Assembly: GCA_019058275.1 (NCBI GenBank)
Contig: JAHLVW010000053.1
Location: 1-64,000, forward strand
Source of the DNA: Candidatus Heimdallarchaeota archaeon
GTDB taxonomy: Archaea > Asgardarchaeota > Heimdallarchaeia > JABLTI01
Length of the DNA stretch: 64,000 nucleotides
Direction of reading: 5' to 3'
The position numbers were made by a program, and so were the translations under genes. Each line of letters begins with the position of its first letter. The stretch's first letter is position 1. A model generated the notes under the pieces. The model was not told the DNA's origin. It worked only from the letters and a program-made list of their open reading frames with translations, and did not search any database. This document shows, piece by piece, positions 39,796-49,334 of the stretch.

Positions 39796-40848
39796 TTACA
39801 TTGATTCTTCTATTATCTTTACAATTCTTTTACTGGTATCCTCATAACCGTAAAGGTTCTCATCAAAGTCTATGTCCTTCGTTGTGATTTCTTCAAATCT
39901 TTGATGTATAGTATTAGGTTCTGCCAAGAAATTACCACCACTTCTGATAGTTTCAAGCCATTCAGTACTATCCCTTACAGTAATACAAGGTGTTTGATTC
40001 CAATAAGCTTCTTTTTGAACACCACCAGAATCAGTGATTACAATTTTTGCTTCTCTTAATAATTTTGTAAACTGAAGATAACCTAGAGGTTCAACTACAA
40101 TCAATTTTTCTTTTACTTTATCAAATAAATCAAGTTCAATCAATTTACTTTTCGTTCGAGGATGAATAGGTAAGATTATCGGTTTTTTAATTTTAAATAA
40201 ATCTTGAACTATAATGGGTAATCTTTCTTGATTGGTATTTTCAGCTTGGTGAATGGTTAAAAAGATAAATTCATCGGGCAATTCAAAATCAATTTTAATA
40301 TTTTCAACTTGCTTTTTCATTTTCATAGCAATTTCAAACATTGTATCCCCTACAGAGTAAACATCTGATGTTATACCCTCGTTTTGCAAATTTTCTATTG
40401 CCACATTTGTTGGGCAAAATAAAAGATTAGAACAATGATCTGTTAAAATACGGTTGATTTCTTCAGGCATTCGTTTATCAAAACTTCTTAAACCAGCTTC
40501 CAAATGACCTAATTTTACATGGAGTTTTGTTGCTGCTAATGCTCCACCTAAAGTTGAATTTGTATCACCAGGTACAAGCACTAAATCAGGTTCCTCTTTT
40601 AGGATTACATCTTCAACTCGTTTTAATATCTCTCCAGTTTGATAGCCATGTAGACCAGAACCAATGTCCAAATTGTAATCAGGCATTTTCTTACTAAGTT
40701 CTTGAAAGAATACATCAGACATTTGAATATCATAATGTTGCCCTGTATGAACAAGAATGTGTTCATGTTTGTTTTCAATAATAGCATCTATAAGAGGAAA
40801 CATTTTGATGAAATTAGGTCTTGCTCCAACGATTGACAGAATTTTCAA
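39796..40848 (-). CDS. wecB: UDP-N-acetylglucosamine 2-epimerase (non-hydrolysing)
   Basis: GARPNFIK, HTGQHYD, GDTNST, EAGLRS..MPEEINR, TDSGGVQKEA; HR motif reads HQ. Confidence 0.92.
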   Translation of the reverse strand: MKILSIVGARPNFIKMFPLIDAIIENKHEHILVHTGQHYDIQMSDVFFQELSKKMPDYNLDIGSGLHGYQTGEILKRVEDVILKEEPDLVLVPGDTNSTLGGALAATKLHVKLGHLEAGLRSFDKRMPEEINRILTDHCSNLLFCPTNVAIENLQNEGITSDVYSVGDTMFEIAMKMKKQVENIKIDFELPDEFIFLTIHQAENTNQERLPIIVQDLFKIKKPIILPIHPRTKSKLIELDLFDKVKEKLIVVEPLGYLQFTKLLREAKIVITDSGGVQKEAYWNQTPCITVRDSTEWLETIRSGGNFLAEPNTIHQRFEEITTKDIDFDENLYGYEDTSKRIVKIIEESM

Positions 40849-41084
40849 AGTGAATTACCACATTATAGTTTTAATGAATATTATCAATTTAACATTTCGA
40901 TTTCTAAAAGAGTTAATAATTCTTTCTGAGCGATTTTGATTGCTCTATTACTCATAAACAATGTAAATATTTATCTAAATGCTAGTGAATAAAAACGATT
41001 ATTTTGTTAGCTAACTATTGAAGAAAAGCTAAAATGGCAAATAAAATTTATACTTAATAAAGACAACAATACTGATGTGAAATA

Positions 41085-41483
41085 ATGGGTAAAATTCTAA
41101 TGCTAAAACACAGCGATCTACCAGATAATAGAGCAGATCGAGAAGCTGTAGCATTAAAAAAAGCAGAGCACAATGTCTTTATGATTTGCACAGGGGTAAA
41201 GAACAAAGATTCTGATGACATTTACGAAAAGATTTTCTTTGTGGATAGGAATGGCAAAGTAAAATTTTATCTGCGTAAAGAAGTGAAAAAAGTAGCACAA
41301 AAATACCAACAAGTGATTGATGAAATAAAACCAGATATTGTTCATGCTCACGATATTGTTACAGCAAATGTTGTTAGATATTTAGATAAGAAAAATTGGT
41401 TTTTTGTCTATGACAATCATGAAGTTTAGGAATTATACAAAAAAGGGGATTTGAAAGAATTAAGTTTAAGATTAAATTTTTAA
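41085..41483 (+). pseudogene. Truncated GT4 paralog (N-terminal domain only)
   Basis: Similar to the 38644 N-terminus; YDNHEV*ELY versus YDDHEVWELY (TGG to TAG at 41427-41429); homology lost shortly after. Confidence 0.85.
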
Positions 41484-41517
41484 ACAAGTAGTTCAGTTTA
41501 AAGTTGGAAAAATTGTT

Positions 41518-42723
41518 GTGAACAATATGGCAGTTTTAATAACAGATGGAGCTTACAAAAATGCTTTAGCTATTCTTAGAGCTTTAGCAACAAATGATGT
41601 AGAGGTTTACTGCTCAAGTACGAAAAAAAAGTCTGTCAGTTTTTATTCTAAATACTGTAAGAAGCACTTTATTTATTCAAATCCTGCTTCTCAACCTGAG
41701 AAATTTAAGAAAGAAATGTTGTCCATTGTTAAAAACTATGATATTGATGTTTTAATACCAGTAGGTGTATCTACAACTGCATTGATTTCTCAGCAAAAAT
41801 CTGATTTAGAGAAATATACTCGTGTACCAGTTGCTGACTACCAAGACTTTGCTAAAGCGCATGATAAGCAAATTGCTAACGATATTGCTCGAGACAATAA
41901 GGTTCCAGTACCATTAACATATACTCCTACAACCGAGTCAGAGCTAAAAAAACATCTGAAAGAACTTGGTTTACCAGTTATGTTAAAAGCACGAAAAGGA
42001 AGCGGAATTTTTAGCTTAGCAAGAACTAAATCTGAAGCATTTAAAATTTGGAGAAATTACGAGAAGAAATCTAAAGAAACGAAAAGCATTGGGATAACAG
42101 ATTATTTACCAGTTATTCAAGAATACTTGTCAGGAGAGATAATAGATGTCTTATTTGTCTTCAATAAAGGTCAACTTAGAGGATTATTAACACAAAGACG
42201 ATTTTTGACCTTACCTCCAGAAGGTGGAGTAGGAGCACTAAATATTACAGTAAATGATCCTCAAACTGCTCGACATGCAGCTAATCTAATGAAAGCATTA
42301 AATTGGCACGGAGTAGGTATGGCAGAATTTAAACGAGATGTTAATGGTGTTCCAAAATTAATAGAAATTAATCCAAAGTTTTGGGGAACAAGTGAAGTAT
42401 CAATAGCTGCAGAAATGAATTTCCCATATATGCTTTACAAGATAGCCATGGATGGTGATATAAAACCAAAATTCAGTTTCTTGTATCCAAAGAGATTTGG
42501 TTGGCCAGTTCCAATGGGTGTGAAACAAATAATTGAATCTGATACACCAATTGAATCATTAAAAGAATATTTGAAGCTTTTTACAGAAGCAAATAGTCAT
42601 GACATCAGATTGTTGTCAGATCCAAAACCATTTTCATTTCAACTTTATCAAACAGCAAAAGTGATTTTGAATAAAATACTTCAAAGCAGATCAAAGAGGA
42701 TTGATTTAGACAGCTTCCGTTAA
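41518..42723 (+). CDS. ATP-grasp ligase (glycan-cluster associated)
   Basis: YSKYC, HDK, VPVP.T, LK.R.GSG, QEYL.G, WHGVGMAEFK, IEINPKFWG. Confidence 0.85.
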   Translation: MNNMAVLITDGAYKNALAILRALATNDVEVYCSSTKKKSVSFYSKYCKKHFIYSNPASQPEKFKKEMLSIVKNYDIDVLIPVGVSTTALISQQKSDLEKYTRVPVADYQDFAKAHDKQIANDIARDNKVPVPLTYTPTTESELKKHLKELGLPVMLKARKGSGIFSLARTKSEAFKIWRNYEKKSKETKSIGITDYLPVIQEYLSGEIIDVLFVFNKGQLRGLLTQRRFLTLPPEGGVGALNITVNDPQTARHAANLMKALNWHGVGMAEFKRDVNGVPKLIEINPKFWGTSEVSIAAEMNFPYMLYKIAMDGDIKPKFSFLYPKRFGWPVPMGVKQIIESDTPIESLKEYLKLFTEANSHDIRLLSDPKPFSFQLYQTAKVILNKILQSRSKRIDLDSFR

Positions 42724-44138
42724 TTTTGCTCTTCTTTTATTTTACAATAGCCCAAAATCTTCTTGTAAATTGAACGCCAAGGATATTGAAATTGTTCAAA
42801 TGAATGATTATGAACTAGAAATACAAATGTACCTTTATAGAAAGAAATTACATCTATTTGTTTCTTGATAGCATCTAAAACTTTCTGAGGTTTATCCAAT
42901 TCAGGATAATTATCGATTATTGTCATATCCATTATTATGAGTGGGTACTCTTTTATGTTTAATTTTCTGTTTTCCAAGATATCAAAGAAATAGTAAGGAT
43001 AACAAGTACCAGCTCTATAACCATAGCATTTTGAGTAACCTAAAGAAGAATCATGGACCAAATTTGCTTTCTCATAATTCCTGAGTGATTCAGGTACTTT
43101 AATTCTTAAGTAATGGTTTCTAACCCCAAAGTTTTCTGAATCTATAATATCTTTTAGGATGTTTTTCTCTTTGAGTAGTTGATCAAAATCTAAATATGAG
43201 CTGTAGGAAGAATGAAGACCAACCTTGTGACCTTTCTCAATTATTTTCTTAATAATTCCTCTAACCTTAGCTGAATAAGGATCATATCTATTATCTAACT
43301 TTGATGTACCATTAAGAAGAAAATAGAAAGTTGATTGAAAACCATATTTCTCAGATGTGAATAGAATATAGTTGAATGTGTTTTTACGTAATGTAAAAAT
43401 CCAAGCGAAATTTCGCCATAATTCACTAAGAAAACCTCTAAGTGATTTTTTTCTGACAATCTGACTGATAATAGATCTAACCCGTTTCTTAAAAGTACCC
43501 AGCTTTAAATCATCGATGTCATGAGTTAGAAATAGTTGAAAATTCATTTCCTTTCTTTTTAATACTGGTTGCAGTTTCTTCAGTAAAAACCATAACAATT
43601 CAACATACTCATTAACTATTGGTCTCTCAAGATAATTCTCGATATAAGCTAAGCTCTTTTTACAAGGGAAATTAGCATCTTCATCAGTTATTTGATTGAC
43701 AATTTCTTCATATCTTGTCAGCATAAAGAATGCTGAAGCAAAGAAATCGACATTTGTAATGATTTTTTCTTGTGAATAATCAATGAATGGTTTTTGTGGT
43801 TCTTTTTGTTCTCCAGAATAAATAATTGGTAATTCATCAAAATCAATAATATCTAACAAATCCTTATTTCGATATTTCTGTAATGGTGAAGGTGGTAAAG
43901 AATCCTTTTCCAGATAATTATCAATCCAAATTTTGTTGCTATAAATAATTAAATCAAAATCATTCTCGTTTTTTTTGTCAAATCCATAATAAATCTTGAT
44001 TAAATGTTTAGAATCCTTTTGATAATCATTAATACTAATTAAATCATATTTAAGACCAAGAAAATCCTCTAGTAGAGTATTAATAACATATTGTACTGAA
44101 GGTTGATTAATTTCCGAATCAATAGCAACTAAAATCAT
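42720..44138 (-). CDS. Polysaccharide deacetylase family protein
   Basis: 'DFFASAFFMLTRYEE', THDID, GLHSSY, RNHYLR, GYRAGTC.P, MD.T. Confidence 0.85.
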   Translation of the reverse strand: MILVAIDSEINQPSVQYVINTLLEDFLGLKYDLISINDYQKDSKHLIKIYYGFDKKNENDFDLIIYSNKIWIDNYLEKDSLPPSPLQKYRNKDLLDIIDFDELPIIYSGEQKEPQKPFIDYSQEKIITNVDFFASAFFMLTRYEEIVNQITDEDANFPCKKSLAYIENYLERPIVNEYVELLWFLLKKLQPVLKRKEMNFQLFLTHDIDDLKLGTFKKRVRSIISQIVRKKSLRGFLSELWRNFAWIFTLRKNTFNYILFTSEKYGFQSTFYFLLNGTSKLDNRYDPYSAKVRGIIKKIIEKGHKVGLHSSYSSYLDFDQLLKEKNILKDIIDSENFGVRNHYLRIKVPESLRNYEKANLVHDSSLGYSKCYGYRAGTCYPYYFFDILENRKLNIKEYPLIIMDMTIIDNYPELDKPQKVLDAIKKQIDVISFYKGTFVFLVHNHSFEQFQYPWRSIYKKILGYCKIKEEQN

Positions 44139-44196
44139 TTCGAGTAATCCATTATTATTGTACTATAAATGATATATATCATAAGAAAGTACTATT

Positions 44197-44371
44197 TATC
44201 ATTAGCTTTTTCTTTTATCTTTTTTTCTCTTTAGCTTTTATTTGTTTATTTCTAGAAGAACGTCTAATTCAATACTAATATCTTCTAATTCTAATTTTTC
44301 ATGTTGTATTTTAATTCTATCCAACCTATCCTTTTCAGCCATTTTGAAGCTTTTAGCACTTTTTTTGCCAT
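44197..44371 (-). pseudogene. Degraded small-gene remnant divergent from the first DUF2229 gene
   Basis: ATG 44371, apparent frameshift in an A7 run, in-frame TAA; Lys-rich segment resembles the remnant at 47925-48071. Confidence 0.35.
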
Positions 44372-44431
44372 GTTAGTTTTCTCCAAAATTAAAATATCAG
44401 CTTTTAGGTTGTTTTAACTCTATTTCTCTTG

Positions 44432-44508
44432 CAAGAATTTATTGTTAAATTATATAGGGATTTCTATTTTATGGAGAAATAAAAAGAACCTAGCTGTTAA
44501 GCAACTAG
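44432..44508. repeat. Conserved intergenic element, copy 1
   Basis: CAAGAATTTATTGTTAAATTATATAGGGATTTCTATTTTA (39/40 identical to 48132) plus inverted repeat TAGCTG-N5-CAACTA. Confidence 0.85.
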
Positions 44509-44596
44509 ATAGCTTAATCATAAGCAAGAAAAATTTTTAAATTTGTACCAAAAAGTACAATTAATTGATAGTTAATCAATTCATTAAGTTAAGTGA

Positions 44597-45634
44597 GTGG
44601 ATTTTTTGGCTCCGTTAAAAGTTGGTTTACCAAGAGCGTTAGTGCACTACAAATTTTTCACCTTGTGGGAAACTTTCTTTGCAGAATTAGGCGCAGAAGT
44701 TATTGTTTCTCCTGAAACTAATAAAAAAATTCGCGAAATGGCTATTAGAGCTGCACCTGATGAAGATTGTTATTCTACAAAACTTTACTTTGGTCATGTA
44801 CTTGCTTTGAAAGATCAAGTTGACTATTTGTTTATTCCTCGTTTTGGGAGTAATCACAAAATAAACGTTGGTTGTCCAAAATTCTTAGGACTTGCAGAAG
44901 TTTTACGATCAATATTCCCTGATTTACCACCAATAATTCGACCATACTATTCAAAGGCAAAAAGTGGTCACAAAAATATTCGTCTCTTGTTTATCGCCTT
45001 TTCTGTAGGTTATAAATTTACGAAGAACCCCTTCAAAATTTTACATGCTTTCCGGAAATCAGTTAAGGCCTATAAAAAATACAAAAAGAATCTAATTATT
45101 GATGAAAATACCCTTCACCAATGGGAACATTCAGAAGAAGTTCTTAATGATCGCCCCATTTTAACAGATAACGAGAAACCGCTTAAAATTGCTCTAGTAG
45201 GCCATTGCTATGTAATAAATGATGGTTATGCATCATTAGATATCAGAAAAAAACTATGTGAACTCGGAGCTGATGTTATTACTTCAGAACAAATGCCACG
45301 AAACATTATTGAGCAATATATGGAAACACTTGATTTCAATATGTATTTTGATTACGAGAGAGAAATACTTGGAACAATTATGCATTTCCTCGAATCGAAA
45401 ACAGTTGACGGGATAATTCACTTAATGATTTTTGGATGTGGACCTGACTCCATAGTGGGAGAAATGGCTGCAAGATTCTATAAAAGAAAACCAGAAACCC
45501 TATTATTACAATTAGTGCTAGATGACCTAACAGCAGAAGCTGGTTTACGTACAAGAATAGAAGCTTTTATTGATATGATAAAAAGGAGAGAAAAAAAAGT
45601 TGCCATTCACCTTCCCACACTTCGGATCTCTTAA
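44597..45634 (+). CDS. DUF2229 acyl-CoA dehydratase activase-related subunit (copy 1)
   Basis: VGLPRAL, DEDCYSTK.YFGH, GCPKF.GL, FGCGPDS, TRIEAFIDM. Confidence 0.88.
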   Translation: MDFLAPLKVGLPRALVHYKFFTLWETFFAELGAEVIVSPETNKKIREMAIRAAPDEDCYSTKLYFGHVLALKDQVDYLFIPRFGSNHKINVGCPKFLGLAEVLRSIFPDLPPIIRPYYSKAKSGHKNIRLLFIAFSVGYKFTKNPFKILHAFRKSVKAYKKYKKNLIIDENTLHQWEHSEEVLNDRPILTDNEKPLKIALVGHCYVINDGYASLDIRKKLCELGADVITSEQMPRNIIEQYMETLDFNMYFDYEREILGTIMHFLESKTVDGIIHLMIFGCGPDSIVGEMAARFYKRKPETLLLQLVLDDLTAEAGLRTRIEAFIDMIKRREKKVAIHLPTLRIS

Positions 45635-46691
45635 GTACGTGTTCAAAGTATTATTGAACGAATTGGGACGTTTTGATTTAATCATGCCTACTAAACCAAA
45701 TAAGAAAACAGCTCAATTAGGAGCAATTCATTCTCCAGAATTCATTTGTACCCCATTTAAAATAACTCTTGGTACTTTCATAGAGGGATTGGAAAGAGGA
45801 GCAACGGAGCTAGGTATGGGGGGTTGCAATGCTTATTGCCGTTTTGGTTATTATTGGCCTGTACAAAAACTCATTCTCGAAGATTTAGGATACGATTTCA
45901 AATTTATAGCTCTAAACTACGAGTCTCCAAAAGAAATAATTCAAGTGATTAAAAAAGAAATAAGTCCAGATTTGAACCTACTTCAAATAATAAGAGCATT
46001 TAGAATCATGTGGTTAAAAAATCGTTTAACCGATTTAGTTGACAAATTAATCTACAAATATAGAGCTATTGAAACTACGAAAGGAAGCACAGAAAGAGTA
46101 GCCCAAAAAGCTTTCAACATGATAGTTGAATTAAAAGGTATTCGAAATATAAAGAGGTCAACTAGAACATTACCACAAATGTTTGAAAATGAAATTGACT
46201 ATGATAAAAAAGCTAATCCTTTGAAAGTTTGTGTTAATGGAGAAATCTATGTTGTTTTAGAACCCTCATTGAACTTAGATATTATGAAAAGATTGAATGA
46301 AATTGGTGTTCATGTTGAAACTCCGATTAGTCTGGGAAGATACATTGATGTTGGTGTAAAACTGAATCCTTTCAAGAAATTTCATTCTCAACATTCAGTA
46401 GCTGCAGCAAAACCTTACGTCGAACATCGCTGTGGAGGAGAAACACAAGAAAATCTTGGAGACGTAATCATGTACAAAAAAGAAGGGTGGGATGGGATAA
46501 TTCATCTTTATCCTTTTACTTGTATGCCTGAAATAATCTCGAGGAGCATTTTCCCACAGTTAAGTAAGAAATATGACATGCCAGTCATGTCTCTAGTTTT
46601 AGACGAACAAACAGCTGAAGCTGGTTTACAAACAAGATTAGAGGCTTTTATTGATCTTCTAGCTCGGAAAAGGGATGCAAATGGGAATTAA
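45600..46691 (+). CDS. 2-hydroxyacyl-CoA dehydratase-like subunit (copy 1)
   Basis: FPHFG, SPEFICTPFK, CRFGYY, GEIYVVLEP, PFTCMPE, DEQTAEAGLQTRLEAF. Confidence 0.88.
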   Translation: MPFTFPHFGSLKYVFKVLLNELGRFDLIMPTKPNKKTAQLGAIHSPEFICTPFKITLGTFIEGLERGATELGMGGCNAYCRFGYYWPVQKLILEDLGYDFKFIALNYESPKEIIQVIKKEISPDLNLLQIIRAFRIMWLKNRLTDLVDKLIYKYRAIETTKGSTERVAQKAFNMIVELKGIRNIKRSTRTLPQMFENEIDYDKKANPLKVCVNGEIYVVLEPSLNLDIMKRLNEIGVHVETPISLGRYIDVGVKLNPFKKFHSQHSVAAAKPYVEHRCGGETQENLGDVIMYKKEGWDGIIHLYPFTCMPEIISRSIFPQLSKKYDMPVMSLVLDEQTAEAGLQTRLEAFIDLLARKRDANGN

Positions 46692-46715
46692 AACAGCAAA
46701 ATGAGGAGATAAAAT

Positions 46716-47680
46716 ATGATTAAAAACAATAGAGAATATTATCTTGGTGTGGATGTTGGTTCAATTAGTACCAATTTAGCACTTATTGATAAAGATCGTG
46801 AATTATATGAATCAGTTTACATTCAAACAGAAGGTCGACCTGTAAATTCGGTTCAAAAAGGTATAACTCTACTTAGAGAAAAAACATAAAAATTTCTGAA
46901 GCAGAAGCGACAAGCAGTGCACGTCAATTAACAGGAGTAGTGATTGGTGCAGACATCGTAAAAAATGAAATTACTGCTCATGCATTGGCTTCTTTGCATT
47001 ATCATCCTGATATACAAACAATTATTGAAATTGGTGGTCAAGATAGTAAAATAATCATCATTCGTGATGGTGTAGCAGTTGATTTTGCTATGAATACTGT
47101 TTGTGCAGCAGGAACAGGCTCCTTCCTTGATATGCAAGCAACAAGATTAGATATCCCAATAGAGAATTTTGGTGATTTAGCTTTGAAATCAGAATCATCT
47201 GTTTAAATAGCTGGTCGATGTACTGTATTTGCAGAAAGTGATATGATCCATAAGCAACAATTAGGTCATCCTACAGAAGATATCATCAAAGGTTTGTGTG
47301 AAGCATTAGCAAGAAATTACCTTAATAATGTTGGTAAGGGTAAAGATATTAAACCACTTATTATGTTCCAAGGAGGAGTTGCTTCAAATATAGGTATGCG
47401 AGTTGCATTCAAGAAATACCTCGAAGAAGATATTATAGTTCCAGAACATTATGATGTAATGGGAGCAATAAGGGCAGCTATTCTAGCTTTAGAAGATATG
47501 ACAAAAAATCCTCATGAATCTTTATTTTATGGTTGGGATATTCCAGAAATGTCTTTTCAAACAACTGGTTTTGAATGTGAAGGATGTCTCAATGTTTGTG
47601 AAATAGTTGAGATTAAAAAAAATAATGAATTAGTAGCTCGTTGGGGTAGTAGATGTGGTAAGTGGGATTTAGCTGATTAG
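46716..47680 (+). pseudogene. CoA-substrate-specific enzyme activase (BadF/BadG/BcrA/BcrD ASKHA ATPase); frameshift near 46879-46884 and in-frame TAA 47204-47206
   Basis: YLGVDVGSIST; NEITAH; EIGGQDSK; MNTVCAAGTGSFL; *IAGRCTVFAESD; QGGVASN; C-terminal FECEGCLNVC...GSRC. Confidence 0.9.
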
Positions 47681-47764
47681 TTAATAATTCACTTCCTTTT
47701 TTCTCATTCTATAATGCTCAATCCTTAATATAAAATATGAACTTTGTTTTAGTGGTGACTAGAT

Positions 47765-47926
47765 TTGAAGAACTATGATATAATAGCAATTGGAACTGGT
47801 TCGTCTATGAACATCGTTCCTACATTACTTAATTCCAACCCGGATTTGAAAATTGCAGTAATTGATAAGGATGAACCTGGTGGGATTTGTTTAACTAAGG
47901 GGTGCATTGCAACAAAGATTTTGTAA
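47765..47926 (+). pseudogene. 5' fragment duplicate of the dihydrolipoamide dehydrogenase gene at 50528
   Basis: KNYDIIAIGTGSSMNIV...IDKDEPGGICLTKGCIATKIL* matches KEYDIIAFGTGSAMNIV...IDKDEPGGICLTKGCIPTKILL. Confidence 0.9.
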
Positions 47927-48071
47927 ATCCATATTGCATACGATACAGCTGTCTGACTAGAAATTTTGGTACTTTCCAAAGAGTTCTAATTGTATCCTTT
48001 TTTTCCTTAGTTTAATTAAGCTCTATTTTTTCATCATTCTGTTCACTTTTTTTAGAGGTTTCTTTTGTCAT
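47925..48071 (-). pseudogene. 5' fragment of a paralog of the membrane protein at 54551-55042
   Basis: MTKETS...LN*TKEKKDTIRTLWKVPKFLVRQLYRMQYGF aligns ungapped to IRKLFAQEKFYEKNFYFFEIGF (8/22 identical). Confidence 0.55.
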
Positions 48072-48131
48072 AATTTAATTCTCCCATACTTGTAATTATT
48101 AACTGAAGCAATTGAGAAATATCTTATCTAC

Positions 48132-48207
48132 CAAGAATTTATTATTAAATTATATAGGGATTTCTATTTTACAGATAAATAAAAATCATGTAGTCGAACA
48201 ACGACTA
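48132..48207. repeat. Conserved intergenic element, copy 2
   Basis: CAAGAATTTATTATTAAATTATATAGGGATTTCTATTTTA plus perfect inverted repeat TAGTCG-N5-CGACTA. Confidence 0.85.
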
Positions 48208-48302
48208 AAGAGAGTAATCATAGATTACATCAAAAAAGAAAGAAAAAGATATCAATAAGTAATATATAATACAAATATTGAGATTATCAAATTCGAGGTG
48301 GG

Positions 48303-49334
48303 ATGTTTATGTCTCACAAAATTGGAATACCAAAAGCATTAATTTACTATAAATTTGCTCCAATGTGGAGAACATTTTTTGAAGAACTGGGATTGGAAGT
48401 TATCATTTCACCAGAAACAACGAAAAAGATTAGAGAATTAGCAATTAGCTCAGCTCCAGATGAGGATTGTTATACAACAAAGTTATACTTTGGGCATACA
48501 ATGTATTTGAAAAATAAAGTGGATTTTTTATTCATTCCTCGTTTTGGTAGTAAACATAAAACAGATATTGGTTGCCCAAAATTCATTGGTCTAGCTGATG
48601 TTTTACGTTCGATGTATTCAGATTTACCAGAAATTATTATGCCTCACTTTAATATTGCAAAAGGTAGGGACAATAAAATATCATTCTTTATCAAGGCATA
48701 TTTAGTAGGATTAAGATTTACTAAAAATCCTATAAAAATAATTCAAGCATTTAGAAAGGCTATGATTGCATATAAACAATACAAAAAACAGTTAATTGTA
48801 GATATTGAAACTCTAAGCAGATGGGAACAATCAGAAATTATGGTTAACGATTTTCCTATACTAAAGAAAGATGAAAAACCATTGAAAATAGCTCTAGTAG
48901 GGCATTCCTATGTTATTAATGATTCTTATTGCTCATTAGATATTCGTAACAAACTAAGGGAACTTGGAGTTGATATTATCACTTCGGAGCAAATGCCACG
49001 AGAGTTGATAGAAGAACAATTAGCAGAACACGAAGCAAATTTATATTTTGAATTCGAACGAGAAATTCTTGGAACAATTCTTTATTTCATTAACAATAAA
49101 ACAATTGATGGAATTATTCATTTGATGATTTTTGGCTGTGGACCAGATTCACTTGCTGGTGAAGTAGCATCTAGATTCTCAAGACGTAATCCTGTTGTAC
49201 CATTATTACAGCTTGTTATTGATGATCTAACAGCTGAAACAGGATTGAAAACTCGAATTGAAGCTTTTATCGATATGTTAAGACGGAGGGATAGTAGCTT
49301 TGCCTTTCAGTTACCCGCACTTCGGATCACTTAA
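48303..49334 (+). CDS. DUF2229 acyl-CoA dehydratase activase-related subunit (copy 2)
   Basis: Paralog of 44597; DEDCYTTK, GCPKF, FGCGPDS, TRIEAFIDM. Confidence 0.88.
   Translation: MFMSHKIGIPKALIYYKFAPMWRTFFEELGLEVIISPETTKKIRELAISSAPDEDCYTTKLYFGHTMYLKNKVDFLFIPRFGSKHKTDIGCPKFIGLADVLRSMYSDLPEIIMPHFNIAKGRDNKISFFIKAYLVGLRFTKNPIKIIQAFRKAMIAYKQYKKQLIVDIETLSRWEQSEIMVNDFPILKKDEKPLKIALVGHSYVINDSYCSLDIRNKLRELGVDIITSEQMPRELIEEQLAEHEANLYFEFEREILGTILYFINNKTIDGIIHLMIFGCGPDSLAGEVASRFSRRNPVVPLLQLVIDDLTAETGLKTRIEAFIDMLRRRDSSFAFQLPALRIT

Noticed and set aside
4723-41429. Genome-wide TAG reassignment (Gln or pyrrolysine)
   Set aside because: TAG ends guaA exactly at its canonical IEWE terminus and also ends arcC; in-frame TAGs align to different residues (Gln/Glu in ProRS, Trp in GT4); no pyl genes or methylamine methyltransferases are in the window
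10740-42723. 4-bp convergent stop overlaps (CTAG at 10740, TTAA at 42720)
   Set aside because: Common in compact AT-rich genomes; no special meaning is supportable
46879-46890. Programmed ribosomal frameshift in the activase
   Set aside because: The same gene has a nonsense codon and several motif-destroying substitutions, so decay or a homopolymer error is simpler
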